Positions 1 through 12,385 of a stretch of 64,000 nucleotides of DNA are shown piece by piece. Source of the DNA: Hydrolagus colliei (taxonomy: Eukaryota); assembly GCA_035084275.1 (NCBI GenBank), contig CM068743.1, forward strand, positions 42,160,001 to 42,224,000. The letters run 5' to 3'. Both the position numbers and the translations under genes were made by a program. The first letter of the stretch is position 1. The number at the start of each line of letters is the position of its first letter. A model generated the notes under the pieces. The model worked only from the letters and a program-made list of their open reading frames with translations. It did no database searches and was not told the DNA's origin.

Positions 1-309
1 TTTTTAACATTTTTAAAATAAACATAAAGAAACATTTGTGTTCCCCTTTCTCAGTTTTACAACTGAACAGGCTGGAGGTTCAGTCTCTATTTTCAGTAGC
101 TCCTGGGTGTGCTCAAAGTGTAATTTTTAATTATTGTATACAATGATGCAAGCTGCTTTACAAAAACAATAATAACTTCCTTAATAGTATCTGCTTGAGA
201 AGAACACATGCCAGAACTACGGAATTGGTGAGGGATTTGAATCATTTAAGGCTCATTTCTTTTATAGAGGTAATTTGTAGGCAGATGTCAGATACAACGG
301 GAAGTATTA

Positions 310-520
310 CAACAACAAATTATATTTATATAGTACCCTCCATGCTGGGTGGTGACTCAGAGTGCTTCACAACAGCTCAGCCCGAGGCCGAGGAAATGGG
401 AGAGGAATGTAACCGTAAGCACAGTCGAAGAGAAAGGTCTTTAGTCACAACTTGAAGATGGAAAAGCAGGTGGAGAGGCAAAGGGTTGAGGGAGGGAGTT
501 CCAAACTTTCATTGTGTAGC
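310..520 (-). mobile_element. L2 LINE 3' end fragment
   Basis: Reverse-strand (TTG)n tail and L2-type 3' terminal sequence, similar to the end of the young L2 at 39058; continues past the SINE into the RT fragment at 871. Confidence 0.6.
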
Positions 521-525
521 TGTTG

Positions 526-870
526 ATAATAATAATAAGAAGAATAATCCTTGCATTTGATATAACGCTTTTCACATTTTATCGACGTCCCAAAGCGCTT
601 CACAGAATATAGTGTAAAGTGAATTGACTGTATATTTGTGGGTGAATTGCGGCAGCCAATTGCGCACAGCAGTGTCCCACAAACAGTTGTGGATTGAAAT
701 GAACAATTTTATTATTGAGTTTTTTTTAATGGATTATTATTAGGTGTGTGGAGTAAGGAAACTTGCCTTAGGTTTCGCCCTGACCTGCCTGGATTTGAAC
801 ACAGGTCTCCCCAGCTTGGTCTTCCCAGCTTGCAAAACAAGTGCTCTAACCACTAAGCCACAGGAGCTCC
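526..870 (-). mobile_element. tRNA-derived SINE (young subfamily with duplicated GCTGGGGAGACC in head)
   Basis: Head GGAGCTCCTGTGGCTTAGTGGTTAGAGCAC with A/B-box-like motifs, shared body, (ATT)n tail; near-identical to the copy at 61035. Confidence 0.9.
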
Positions 871-1600
871 AGGAGCTCTGATGGTGGAACGGAGTGGCCA
901 GTGGGGTGGGGTGGTGGGGGGTTGAGATAATGGCAGAGTTGGGCAATATTGCTGAGTTGAAGGAAGGCAGAGCGAGTCATAGCTTGGATGTGTGGGAAGA
1001 AAAACAATTGAGGATCGAATAAGACACCTAGGTTCCTAACTGGCTTGTTGAGGTTCAGTATGCAACCATGGAGGTTAATGTTGCCAGTGCCTGATGCGTG
1101 AAGGCGCTGGAGCAAGCAAATCAGGAGGGCCTCAGTCTTGTTGACATTCAATTGTAGAAAGTTAGCTCTCATCCAGGACTTGACAGGCAGTCTGTCAGGA
1201 CAGTAGTGGCCTTGGAGTCGAGGGTAGAAACAGAAAGATAGATTTGGGTGTCATCCGCATACATGTGGAAGTTGACCCCTTGTCTGAGGATGATGTCACC
1301 AAGGAGTAGCATGTAGATGTTAAAAATTAGGGGGCCAAGGACAGAGCTCTGAGAGACGCCACAATGACAGCGCAGTGGCTGGAAGAGAAGCCATTTAGTG
1401 GCGACAAAGTGGAGACGGTGAGAAAGGTAGGAGTAGAACCAGGCGGTTGCAGGTTCGTGAAGATTGATCTGTGATGAGAGGCAGTGTAGGAAGATGGAGT
1501 AGTCGACAGTGTCGAAGGCAGCAGAGAGGTTGAGGATGGCAAGGAGGCAGACAGAGCCCTGATCACAGATGTTTAGCATAGTGAAGAGTGATTTATTACT
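871..1600 (-). pseudogene. Degraded L2 LINE reverse transcriptase fragment
   Basis: Minus ORFs contain LSAAFDTVD, GVSQSSVLGPLIF, HMYADDTQIY and NFLQLNVNKTE, with frameshifts. Confidence 0.9.
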
Positions 1601-2526
1601 TGTTCCTTGACAACTTTCCTTCTGATATTCACATAAAAGGACCCAATTGCTCAATCAAACTAATTTTGAACCAGTGGAAGAAAAAGTAAGAACATGCATT
1701 TTTGTAATGCCTTATCTTGATGAGATGTTTCAAAGCTCTTCACAGTAATTATTGTCAACTATAGTAACTTATTTGGAGCTAACTCTGTGTTCTGACTTTG
1801 TTTTCAACTGGTCATACGATCCTTCTGCGCTAAAGTTAAAGCACAGGGTGGAAAGGAGAATTATTGTTGTAGACCAAGTTGTTGGTAGTTTTGTTTGCAG
1901 TTGTAGTTCAACATAATGTATGAGTCTTCACCAAAATAATATAAGATTATCGATTTGCAGATGAGAGAAACTCTGGCCAAGAAATTGGAATGTGATTTGT
2001 TCAATCAGGGCCGCACAAAAACAATTTTCAGTTCAGTGTAGGATAACGTAGCAGTCTTTTAATTCTCAAAGATGGAACTGCCAACATTAGCAAAAAAGAC
2101 TAACTATCATATGAGATTCATAAACTACCTCCTATTCATGCTTGAATTGACATTCAAATAAATGTTTATCATAAAATCAATTTAATTAATTTGTTTTTCG
2201 AAAGTTGTCCTTCCAGCAACTTGGGACATCCTCCCAACATGAAAGGCAATCTATAAACGTAACTTTGTTTGTTGTTTTTAATTAGGTTGGGCGAATTCAT
2301 TTGTACATCTCTGTGTACTCCTTTTCCCTCTTTGCCCTCAGTATTTATCCCAACCAGTCATTTTATGGCTGAAATATTAGAGTTAGATAGAATAAATACT
2401 GATGAAGTAGTATATTGTATATAATATATTTCTGTTACATTGGAAGACAGTTCAGATCAGATATTTGTTTACTTGCTGTTGGTTAAAAAAAAGTGGATCT
2501 GTAATACACTACCTGTCTATTCTGGT

Positions 2527-2730
2527 AACAACAACAAAATTTAATTTTGTAGAGCGTCTGAAACTTCAGGAGAATGTCCCAAGGCGCTGAACAGTCAGGG
2601 GTCGGGACCCGAGCATGGGGCAGGAGCAAGGTAGGGGGGAAGGGGAGGGAGAGAGGTGGGAGGGCGACAGAAAGCACGATCGAACAGGAGGGTCTTGAGA
2701 CTGGACTTGAAGGAGTCAAGGGAGGAGGTA
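2527..2730 (-). mobile_element. L2 LINE 3' fragment
   Basis: SLDSFKSSLKTLLFDRAF C-terminal motif and (TTG)n tail. Confidence 0.75.
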
Positions 2731-3764
2731 AACTGAATAACTGTATTACAATAATCAGTACGAAGGTGAGGTAAATTAATTTGCAGGCTTGGATGAATCC
2801 TTGTGTTTGACATAAAGATTACTATTCCTTTGCTCATATACTGAGTTTTAAATTAAAAATAATAAAGGCAGATGGCATGGTGGAAAGAAACAATTTTCAG
2901 TATCTATCTGCTGTTGCTTGCACTATCTCAGCTTCCAGCTGGTCTTCCATTCCTTTGTAATATAACACTTGCAATGTATAAATTAATGGGTAGATTAAAG
3001 TCTCAAATGCTGCAGCACGATATCGGAGCCAGTTGATTTTTATAAAATATTTATTATTTTATAAAATAATTTATACTAAGTATGTTTTGTTTGCGTTAAA
3101 TGTGTTTTGCCAAAGTCCTGTTCATTCTCCAACACACTGATTCAATCATCATGGCATGACAGTCTCTGTGTCTCCAGCAAATCTCTATTACTTTCTTTCT
3201 CATCTTTCTTCTGCTATTTTTCATTATTTAAATTCTTGCCCCTCTAGTTTTCCTTCACAGAACATGTTTCTTCCCACTGCACTCTATTCTATTTGGATTT
3301 CCTTCAATTTCCTGAAATTAGCATAGGAGTCAATAACCACATATAAAGTTTACAAGATGAATCTTTGAAGGAGGCCTCACCATTGATATCAATCAAAACA
3401 AATTCCACTCAGTTTAGGCTATCCGCAAAATCGATCGATTCACATGAAAAAGAAAATGCATGCATTCAGGATACCAGTCTCCAGTGTGTGTGTTCAGATT
3501 TTTGTGTTTTAAAAATAATGAAGTAGCTTTTTATGAATAAGAATTGTATGGAAGAGATATTTCCTGCACAATTGATAATACTAAAATGCTTATCCTGGAG
3601 CGTTACCATAACTTTACAGGAGTACACAGTAAGCACATAACAACAACAATAAATTATATTTGGATAATGCACTTCATGCTGTTTCTTAGGGCCCAAAACA
3701 GTAACAGAGTCTGACGTATATATTTCTGGGATCATCCACACTAATGAAACAGGAAGACATTTTA

Positions 3765-4090
3765 ACAAAAAAATTACATTTATAGAGCGCCTTTCACATT
3801 GGGAGGAAGTCCCGAGGCAACGAACAGTCAGGTCAGGAACCGAGCAAGAGGGAGAGGCAGGGTAGGTGGGAGAGGCAGGAGAGAGTTAGGAGGGGAGGGA
3901 GAGAGTTGGGAGGTCAGCAGAAGGCATGATCGAAGAGGAGGGTCTTGAGACCGGCCTTGATGGAGGCAAGGGAGGAAGCGAGGCAAAGGGACTGTGGGAT
4001 GTAGTTCCAGAGTGTGTGGGCAGAGAGGCTGAAAGCCCGTCCACTGATGGTAGGGAGGGTCGGGCAGGGACATGGAACAGATCAGAGCCC
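3765..4090 (-). mobile_element. L2 LINE 3' fragment
   Basis: Similar to 39058-39390 (3'UTR and ORF2 C-terminus). Confidence 0.75.
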
Positions 4091-4207
4091 ATTCAACACA
4101 GCAGTTTTGAATGGGGTAGGAACAATGCCAGATGAAAGGGACAGGTTGAATGTGTCGACTTGTCCTTCCGACGTGAAAGGCGCTTTGTAAGTTTAAGTTG
4201 TTGTTGA

Positions 4208-4625
4208 CAAGTGGTGGAGCAAGGAGGTATAATTGGAAGGTAAAGAAAGGGGTGGCGATGGGGAGCAGTTGGTGGGCTTCATGGAGGATATGGTGGTGAT
4301 GACAGAGGATGCGGTGTTAGGTTCCAAGGTCTGGAAGGAAGGATGGGTAGGAGTCGGAGCATGGGAGAGAGGTGGGGATTGGGTGGAAGTACAAAGGGCG
4401 ATGACAGCTGAGTGAATTCCCTCAATTTTTGACTTGATTAAATTCAGCATCTCCTCTCAGTGGGAATTGGAGGAAAGGATCTGTGAGGTGTGGCATGGAG
4501 GGCGGTAGAGTCTGATTGTCATGGAAAACAGGAGTCTAGGGTGGTCCTTTGCCTCCAGGATTATCCGAGAGTAAAAGGACGATTTGGCAGAGGTCAGAGT
4601 GGAGATTTTGATGTGATCCAGATAT
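4208..4625 (-). mobile_element. L2 LINE ORF2 fragment (region upstream of RT)
   Basis: Degenerate peptides SAKSSFYSRIILEAKDHPRLLFS and KSKIEGIHS...ISSMKPTNCS typical of the L2 ORF2 linker. Confidence 0.6.
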
Positions 4626-5104
4626 GCTGGTGAACTGTTAGGCCAGATTTTTAACAAAAGAGATGCAGTTTTCCAAGGAAGCAAACAAAACTGTTTTTCC
4701 CATGCTTTTAAAATATTCATATTTTAACATTTTTTTTAATTTTATTTCATTGATCATTTTAAAAAGTACTATATATACATGTATGTCAAGGTATATTTAG
4801 CATGAGCTTCACTGCTGTATTATTTTTAGTCCTTTTTTTATCATTCATAGGGGGTTGCTGAAGAATTTCAGTCCTTATATTACTACAGTTTTCTTCCTGA
4901 AATTATATTATTTTAGATCACATCATATCTACGTCAGGGACATTAAACTTTTTTGGCGACATATCAATTTAGAATTGTTAAACAAAACATGACCATGTAT
5001 TTCCATTAACTTGATATGATAATAATAATAATGATCACTGATACAAGGATTTTATTTCTAATCAAATTATCCTAACCTGTTTAATTTTCTTTGTTGTTTG
5101 CCCT

Positions 5105-5335
5105 CCGTTCCATCCGATTCCCCTGTATCAAAAGTTCATAATCTGATCTGTTTGGATAAAGAAGGCTCTTCACCCCATTTGATCTTATCCTTACAGAATC
5201 ATCCTCCCATCGCAGCGGTTTTTTTAAAAAAAGAAGTAAAGTGTTGTGCTTCAACCACTTTTCCTGGCAACTTGTTCTAATTGTTAATTACACTTTGGGT
5301 AAAGACACATTTCCTAGTATCTCTCCTATGTTTTT
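5105..5335 (-). mobile_element. CR1-type LINE 3' fragment, degraded
   Basis: GCTTCAACCACTTTTCCTGGCAACTTGTTC resembles the CR1 C-terminal region seen at 19370-19440. Confidence 0.45.
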
Positions 5336-8300
5336 CTTCTGTTCAATGGATGGTATATTCTACAGTATTGTCCATTTAAAAAGTAATTAGGGAATAATCG
5401 ATAATTGCCACTAATCATGGAGCAGTAATATAGACATCCATCATCTGAAACCTAAGATTGGATTTTTGTCACTTACAGATGTTTTAATTTTACATGTGTT
5501 TGTAGACATCCTACCGATGTGAAAGGCACTGTATAAATGTAATTTTGTTGTTGTTAGACTATTTCCTCTGCTACGTTTATTTTAGATGCCATTGGCTGCA
5601 CAATATACTTCTCATAGATAAGCATCTTCTTACAAGAGTGATGATTATCATATTGTCATTACTTCAGATCTCTGTCACTCAAAACTCAAACCGTTCGAGA
5701 TTGACAGTATCACATTGTACAAAGAAATCAAATCAGTTATCTCCCTAAGATTCAGCAGATCATTTTCAGATCAATTTGTTGGAGAATGTACAAGATTAAA
5801 ATAAAAATAATAGCAGCTGAAAGAAAATAGGAAAGAATGAAGACCAGAGGAGGACAAATACAAATTTTATTTATTTTACTTTTGTTTAAAACTGTAGCTT
5901 TGGATAGTTGGTCAATATTACAGCATTGATGCTATCCGAATGTTAGTGTGGCTTTATTCAGAGTTTTTTTAAATTCGAAGACACCAGCCAATCCAAGGTA
6001 AACCCATGTCAAGGTGACATTTCATGTGGAATGGATTGGGTCACCAAATAAACCATTACCCCAGAAAAATTTAAACAATTCTGAAGACCTCTTCTAACAA
6101 CTGCTTACGTTTATGCTTGGCCAGCTCTGCTCAAACTGTGCATTAAATAGACTTACCATTCTCTCCTTATTTCTGTTTGTTTATGACAACTGTAGCATGT
6201 CTAGAACTCAGAGCGACTGCAGAATATTTGGGAAAATTTTTCCACCGTGAGGCATCAGAGTTTTTTCTATGAGGGTAAATTTGTGACATTTCTTAACATA
6301 TTCATTTTAGCTTCGGATTTCGTTAGAAAATGTTGCAAACAAATAAAACTTTGTTTGACAGGTTCATTCATCACAACAGGTGTCTTGCAGGGACTCAATC
6401 TTTCATTGGAAAAGATCACCAGAGGAATATCTGTACGTTATGTGATTTTTTTTGTTATAGTTGAACAACTGTTGAACAATTCTGAATGGAGTGCCATTTA
6501 ATCAGAGAAGATATTTTGCCCTACCTGGAATAAGTGTCTAATTATTAATCTGGAACTCCATGTGCACTTAAAAGTCTTCCTCTATTATCAGTACTAAGCA
6601 TAGAACTTTGTTTATCATTTACGAGATCTGGCTCCACAGAGAAAGACTGGAAGTCTCATTAGGTTTGCCCCACATGGTTGAGAAGCCTGCTGACATACCC
6701 TGCCAAAGTTCACACATGAATAATGACACTAGCTGAGAGACCTGGGATTCTGAACAGGAAACAAAGCCGATAGATCTATACCCCATCCTGGGATCAGGAG
6801 TTGAATCCAAGAAAGACTGAGGGGATGCCAGGCTTCTTCATCTGCTGGTTGTGAAGCTGTTATGAGTTCTGAGATTTAACAAAGGTTGGCAATCTCACTG
6901 AGAGTGCCTTTACCAGTGCCCTGGGAAGTCCTCCCGATTTAAAAAGTGCTCTACAAATGTAATTTTGTTGTTGTTACTAGTTACAAAAATAGAAGTTGCT
7001 GGGAGCACTTAGCAGGTCAGGCAGCATCTACAGAGAAAGGAAAAAAGATCAATGTTTCAGGCCACGACTCTTTGTCAGAACTGGGGTATTTTGGGAGGGA
7101 GAGGCTTTTAAGGACTAACAGGGTGTGGGGGGCAGGGCAAGGAAGATAAAGGAAAAAAATGGGATAGAGGACAGGATATGATGTGTTAAAGAGGTATTAT
7201 TTATTCAAAATGGAGTTGCAACAAAACAGGCAGACCAGAGAGAGAAAAGGTGTATCTGGAATCCAGATGATGTGGTTGGTAATGGTCACATAAGAGGGTG
7301 AGGGGGAAAGTCTGAAGTTATGGTGTGAAATTATTGAAATCCCCCCCCATTGACTCCCCTCTTCTGGCCTTAACTATTCATTGCCTTGGGACATCCTCCT
7401 GATGTGAAAGGCAGTCTAGAAATGTAACATTGTTGGTGTTGTTGTTGACCTGCCTCCCCCCTCTCTGGTATTTCTTAATAGCCTTTCCCACACAACATCC
7501 CTCAGCTCTGAATAAAACAGTCCCTTCCAATGAAAAAAAGTTCACAATATGAGAGGTTGTTTTACAATTTGCACAAAACTTTTCAATTACTTGGAAAATT
7601 GCTACTGGAAGTTGATTTTACTGGTTTTATTGAAATGCTGGTACCCAGATAACAGAGGAGTAGACATTATTTAAGATTGCATTAAGAATTCAGCACAAAG
7701 TAGAATATTGCTGCAACAATAAAGATAAAGATAATTTACTCGTGTGAAATAAAAGCAGGTATAAAGCCTTGCCTTTGATTTCAGGGAAGTAATGATTGTT
7801 TTGAGCAGTGTGATGTGCGTGGAATATTAATTTGCACTGGCTAACATCAATAGAACACTAGGCCTAGAAGGTGCTCGGGAGTAAGTTTACAATACATGGG
7901 ATGGGGACAGGGAGATGTGAGTGATAATTAGCACAAAAGAAAGGAGTATGAGTAAAGTACTCTTAAATTATTCTTAACAATAGATTTTGGAATCCCTCTG
8001 ACTGAAGAAATGTCCACTATCTAACTTGTCAATTCTTTTCATTGATTAATATCTCTATCAAATAACCCCTTAAACTCCCCTGTTCTAAGAAATACAACCC
8101 CAATTACCCAGCTTTTTATATATTTGCATTGAAGAAAATCTCATGGAAAATCTTTTATGGTTCGATGAATATATCCAGCATTTGTCACATAATACAAACA
8201 GCTAGAGCACTTTACAGCACAGAACATCATGTGAAGTGCTTTGAGATGTCATGATGATGTGATAAGGCACTATATCAAATGCAATATTATTATTATCCAC

Positions 8301-8677
8301 ACATACAAGGTTCAATTCCAATTCATGCTGCACTAACTGATCAAAGATGCGTCACAAATAATGACTCCACAATTGGCATCAGCACCTCGACTTCTGGTGG
8401 AGAAAATTGATCACCGTTCCTGCTCATGACACTATCCAGCAGATGCTGGTAGGATTTCCAGGAAGATTTGTTCGGTAGAGACATAGAAGTGTATCAATTA
8501 GCAGATCAGGTAAGGTGTAACAGTGGTTAAATAGTCTTCCAAAAGCCATCGTTAAGTCAAGTACAAGGCTTGTGTGGTGATGTGCTGAAAAATATCTGGG
8601 GCACCTAGAACTACACCAGTACAAAGAATGATCATCTTCAGGAAATAAAAAATTTGATTTTTGTGTGGATTTTTTTT

Positions 8678-8970
8678 GTGGAATCCTGTAGTTTAGTGGA
8701 ATCCTGTAGCTTAGTGGTTAGAGCACTTGCCTTACAAGTGAGAGGACCTGCATTCGAATCCCAGGTGGGGTGAAACATTGGGTAAGTTACCTTACTCCAT
8801 ATGCTTCTGTTTACCTAGCAGTAAGTAAGAACCTGGTTGTTGGTTGAGCGGCGGATTGTTTTTCAAGTTAATAATCCCTTCAAAATATACTTTTATAGTA
8901 CATTATGTAAAACATTTGAGACATCTATAAGATGTGATAGGCGTTATAGCAAATGCAAGAATTATTATGA
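8678..8970 (+). mobile_element. tRNA-derived SINE (older subfamily, internally deleted)
   Basis: tRNA head with a 19-bp tandem duplication; CTGTTTACCTAGCAGTAAGT segment; AAATGCAAGAATTATT tail. Confidence 0.85.
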
Positions 8971-9104
8971 TTTTGTCTCTAATTTTATTAAATTTGAAAA
9001 TAGTTCTCCATTCTAAACACTCAGCCACATAATCTATGGCAATTTGTTTTTATATATTGAAACATATAGTTTTTTAAAAATGCATAGAGTGTAATGTTAC
9101 CTCA

Positions 9105-9880
9105 CAGCAACTTCAACCAACATATTGCTGAACAGCGAGAACTCTTGGGAATTGGGCAGATCAATAGCAGATGAAATTTAATGTAGGGAAATGCGAAGTG
9201 CTTCACATGGGGACATAAATTCCAGGAAGGGACTATTATTTAAATGGTAAGAAAATTATGTGTATGGAAATGAAAATGACCTGGGGATCCTGGTTGATAA
9301 TAAATTACAGCTTTCCCTATACTGCTTGGTAGCAGTGAGTAAGACAAAGCAGATGCTAGGATATATTTAAAGGACTATATTGAGCCACAACAGTGGGGTA
9401 ATCCTGCCACTTTATATATCACTGATGTGACCGTAGTTGGAAATACTGTGTGCAGTTCTTGTCACTGCAATATAAAAAGGATATTGCAGCAATTGGGAGA
9501 ATACAGAGTAGGAGAACCAGAATGATTGAGCGGGTGGAGGGGCAGGACTACCAGTGATTAGATAAACTGGGCATGTTCACACTGGAGAAGAGAAAGTTTA
9601 GGGGCACTATGATTATTATCTTTCAGATTCTGAAGTGAATAGACAATGTAGACTATGGTAAGCTGTTTTATTTTGTATTGAACAGTAGAACCGAAGGACG
9701 TGGCCTGCGATTGAAGAGTAAATTCATAACAAATCCGCTGAAACACTACTTGATTGAGAGAATAGTAAATGTAGAGAACAGACTCCAGGGGAGACAGTGG
9801 AAGCAGAAAATGTAATTTGTTTTAAGAAAAAATTGGATTGATTTTTGTTAGAAAATAATATCTCAGGCTACAGTATATAG
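9105..9880 (+). mobile_element. CR1 LINE 3' ORF2 fragment, degraded
   Basis: QMKFNVGKCEVLHMG, DLGILVD and EYCVQF-like motifs with stops and frameshifts. Confidence 0.8.
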
Positions 9881-11681
9881 TTTGGGACATACATACCAAG
9901 CAATATTAGTCTGATTTAAGAAAGCTCTTAGGCAATCTGATCGCAACCCTCCAAACACCCACTGTACCATCCACCAATACTGCATCAAGGTGGTTTTTAA
10001 ATGAGTTCAGTATACTTGTCTTTATTATCTTCCTGGCAACCTGATTATTTGTTGATTGCCCTCTATGTAAAGAGAATTAAGATTGTTGTTGTTATCCCTT
10101 CAGTGGGCTTTAAGGATCCCTGAGTTTTATCCACTCATTCCTTTCTATGTTCCTCGCTGTTTCCTTTCTATGCTTCCCAGTCTTCCTTCCACCATCCAAT
10201 AGTGTTGCAGCCATCTTTAGTGGCACTGTGATGGATTCAGCTGCAGGGAGAGGGGTGGGGATAGCCATGGACAAATCAATAAATTAAAACATTAATTGAA
10301 TATTGTGTTAATAACTGTCAATTCAGTCATTACATGTCACAACTTTAATCTCCTAAAGAGGCTTCCCATGAGAGGGGTGAATAAAAGAGAAAATAAATAG
10401 AATATTGTTGGAGTAGCATTAAAATTATTTGTGTCTAACTATAACCCCACCCTCTAATTGCACAATTATTTGTTTACTGCTGGATAAAAATGTGAAAATG
10501 CAACTATTGAGTTATATTCCTTCGTTTAAATGTATTGCCTTGTGCCCAGAAATGACAAACACATTATTAATTTAAGCTTGGTGTTCTATGTGAGTTACAA
10601 CACATCCCTAGGAGACAGAATGAGTCAATGATAAGGTACATAAAACCTTTAAAAAGAAAAACGTAATTTCTTGCAGCTGTTAAGAAAGGAGCATTTGAAT
10701 GAAAATGTGCCAAGAAGCTTTAGAGGTCTGATGCTATCATTCAATCTTTACGGTTAGTTCAGATACTTTAAATTCTATTCCCCAAAGCAAAACATCTATA
10801 GCTATTGGTTCAATGATGTATTATTTTTGTTGCGATTGACATTTCTTTAGTTCACTAGCCACCACATAGCAATCTCTAAGGTAAAATAATCCACTGCCAT
10901 ATTCATTTGATGCAATGTAGAATAAAGGTAAAAAATTAAATGTTAAAATATTATTTTAAAATTGACCAAGTCACCATACTAATGTATAAATAACTAATTC
11001 GAAAAGTTTTCTTTTGGATAGGAAATGTATAGTCCATGTTTTTATTTCGTTTCTGAAAGCAATATCATTGAAAAGCCCAGATATTTTTTGAAGATGTTAT
11101 TTGATCATTACCTTCAGTTTATCTTCCACAGGATTTATTTTTGTAAAAATAAGGATCCACAGATATCATAATAAGCATGGCAGTAATAATAATATATAAT
11201 AATAATTAATAACTTGTATTCATAAAGCTCCCAGTACTGTACATTGAATTGCAGTACAAAATATTGTTGATAAGAAATGAATTAAATGAATCTTGCCACA
11301 CAAGTGAATAGCTGGTTCAACTGAATTAGGGATTACATTTGGCTTGGGAGAAAGACACATATTTGAAAATAGCAATGGAGGAAGGTCTCTAAACATCCAC
11401 CTACATCACAAGGCAGATAAACCTAAATGAGCAACACAATCACAAACGAACCAACAATTTGCAAATAAGTAATAAAATTGTAATCGCGTGTTTAAGGCCG
11501 TTATGTAGGCAAACATAATGTACATCACCAATGCATTGCTTGCAATTGAACAGTGAATGATTTAGCCTCTGTAACATTCTCACTCTGTATGATCCTGACG
11601 TCTGTATTCAATTTAGCTCTACCTTTTCTGGTTTACCTACCTGCTTCTGTTTTAAACTGAGGTTCTGCTGTTCTGTCATTT

Positions 11682-11973
11682 TAATAATAATAATCATCGC
11701 ATTTGATGTAGCACTTTTTCATGTCATCTAGACGTTTCAAAGAGAATATATTGTAAAGTGAATTGACTATACATATGGGGGTGAAACGTGGCAGCCAATT
11801 CTGCACAGCAGTGTCCCACAAACATTGGATTGAAATTACCAATTTATTATTATTTTATTGGGAGGGATTTTTATTAGGCAAGAAAACTTGCACAAGATTT
11901 CACCCTGTCTGGAATTGAACACAGGTCCCTCATTTGTAAGGCGAGTGCTCTAACCACTGAGCTACAGGACTCC
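11682..11973 (-). mobile_element. tRNA-derived SINE
   Basis: Same head, body and tail as the other copies. Confidence 0.85.
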
Positions 11974-12029
11974 ACAACAGGACTCCTATGCTTGATACAG
12001 TGCCTTTCACCCCAGGAACACATTTCAAA

Positions 12030-12385
12030 GTGCTTAACAAGAATTTTTTGTTCAGTGTAGTGATTATGTGATCTGTAGGTAAACACGGCAGCCAATTTGC
12101 TCCACAAACAGCCATGAAGTAAATGGCAAATTTTATTTGGGGGATCTTGTTCATGCGTGATGTCCTTGTCTTTTTGAATAGTGCCATGGGATCTTTAACA
12201 TCCTGTGTTTGGAAACTTAGCTGCATCTTTCATCTGAAGTTCTGCACCTTCAACAATGTGGTACACCCTCAGAGGCTACATTGCTGTGTCAATCAAGAAA
12301 ATATTAAACATGGGTATAGAGCTCATAACCTTATGAATCAGAGGCGAGAGTGCTTTCAACTGAGCCAGACTAATTTAGGCTGAAA
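12030..12385 (-). mobile_element. Deu-domain-type SINE (SacSINE1-like), degraded
   Basis: Reverse head GCACTCTCGCCTCTGATTCATAAGGTT and core AAAGATCCCATGGCACTATTCAAA; similar to 58545-58875. Family name is from recall. Confidence 0.6.
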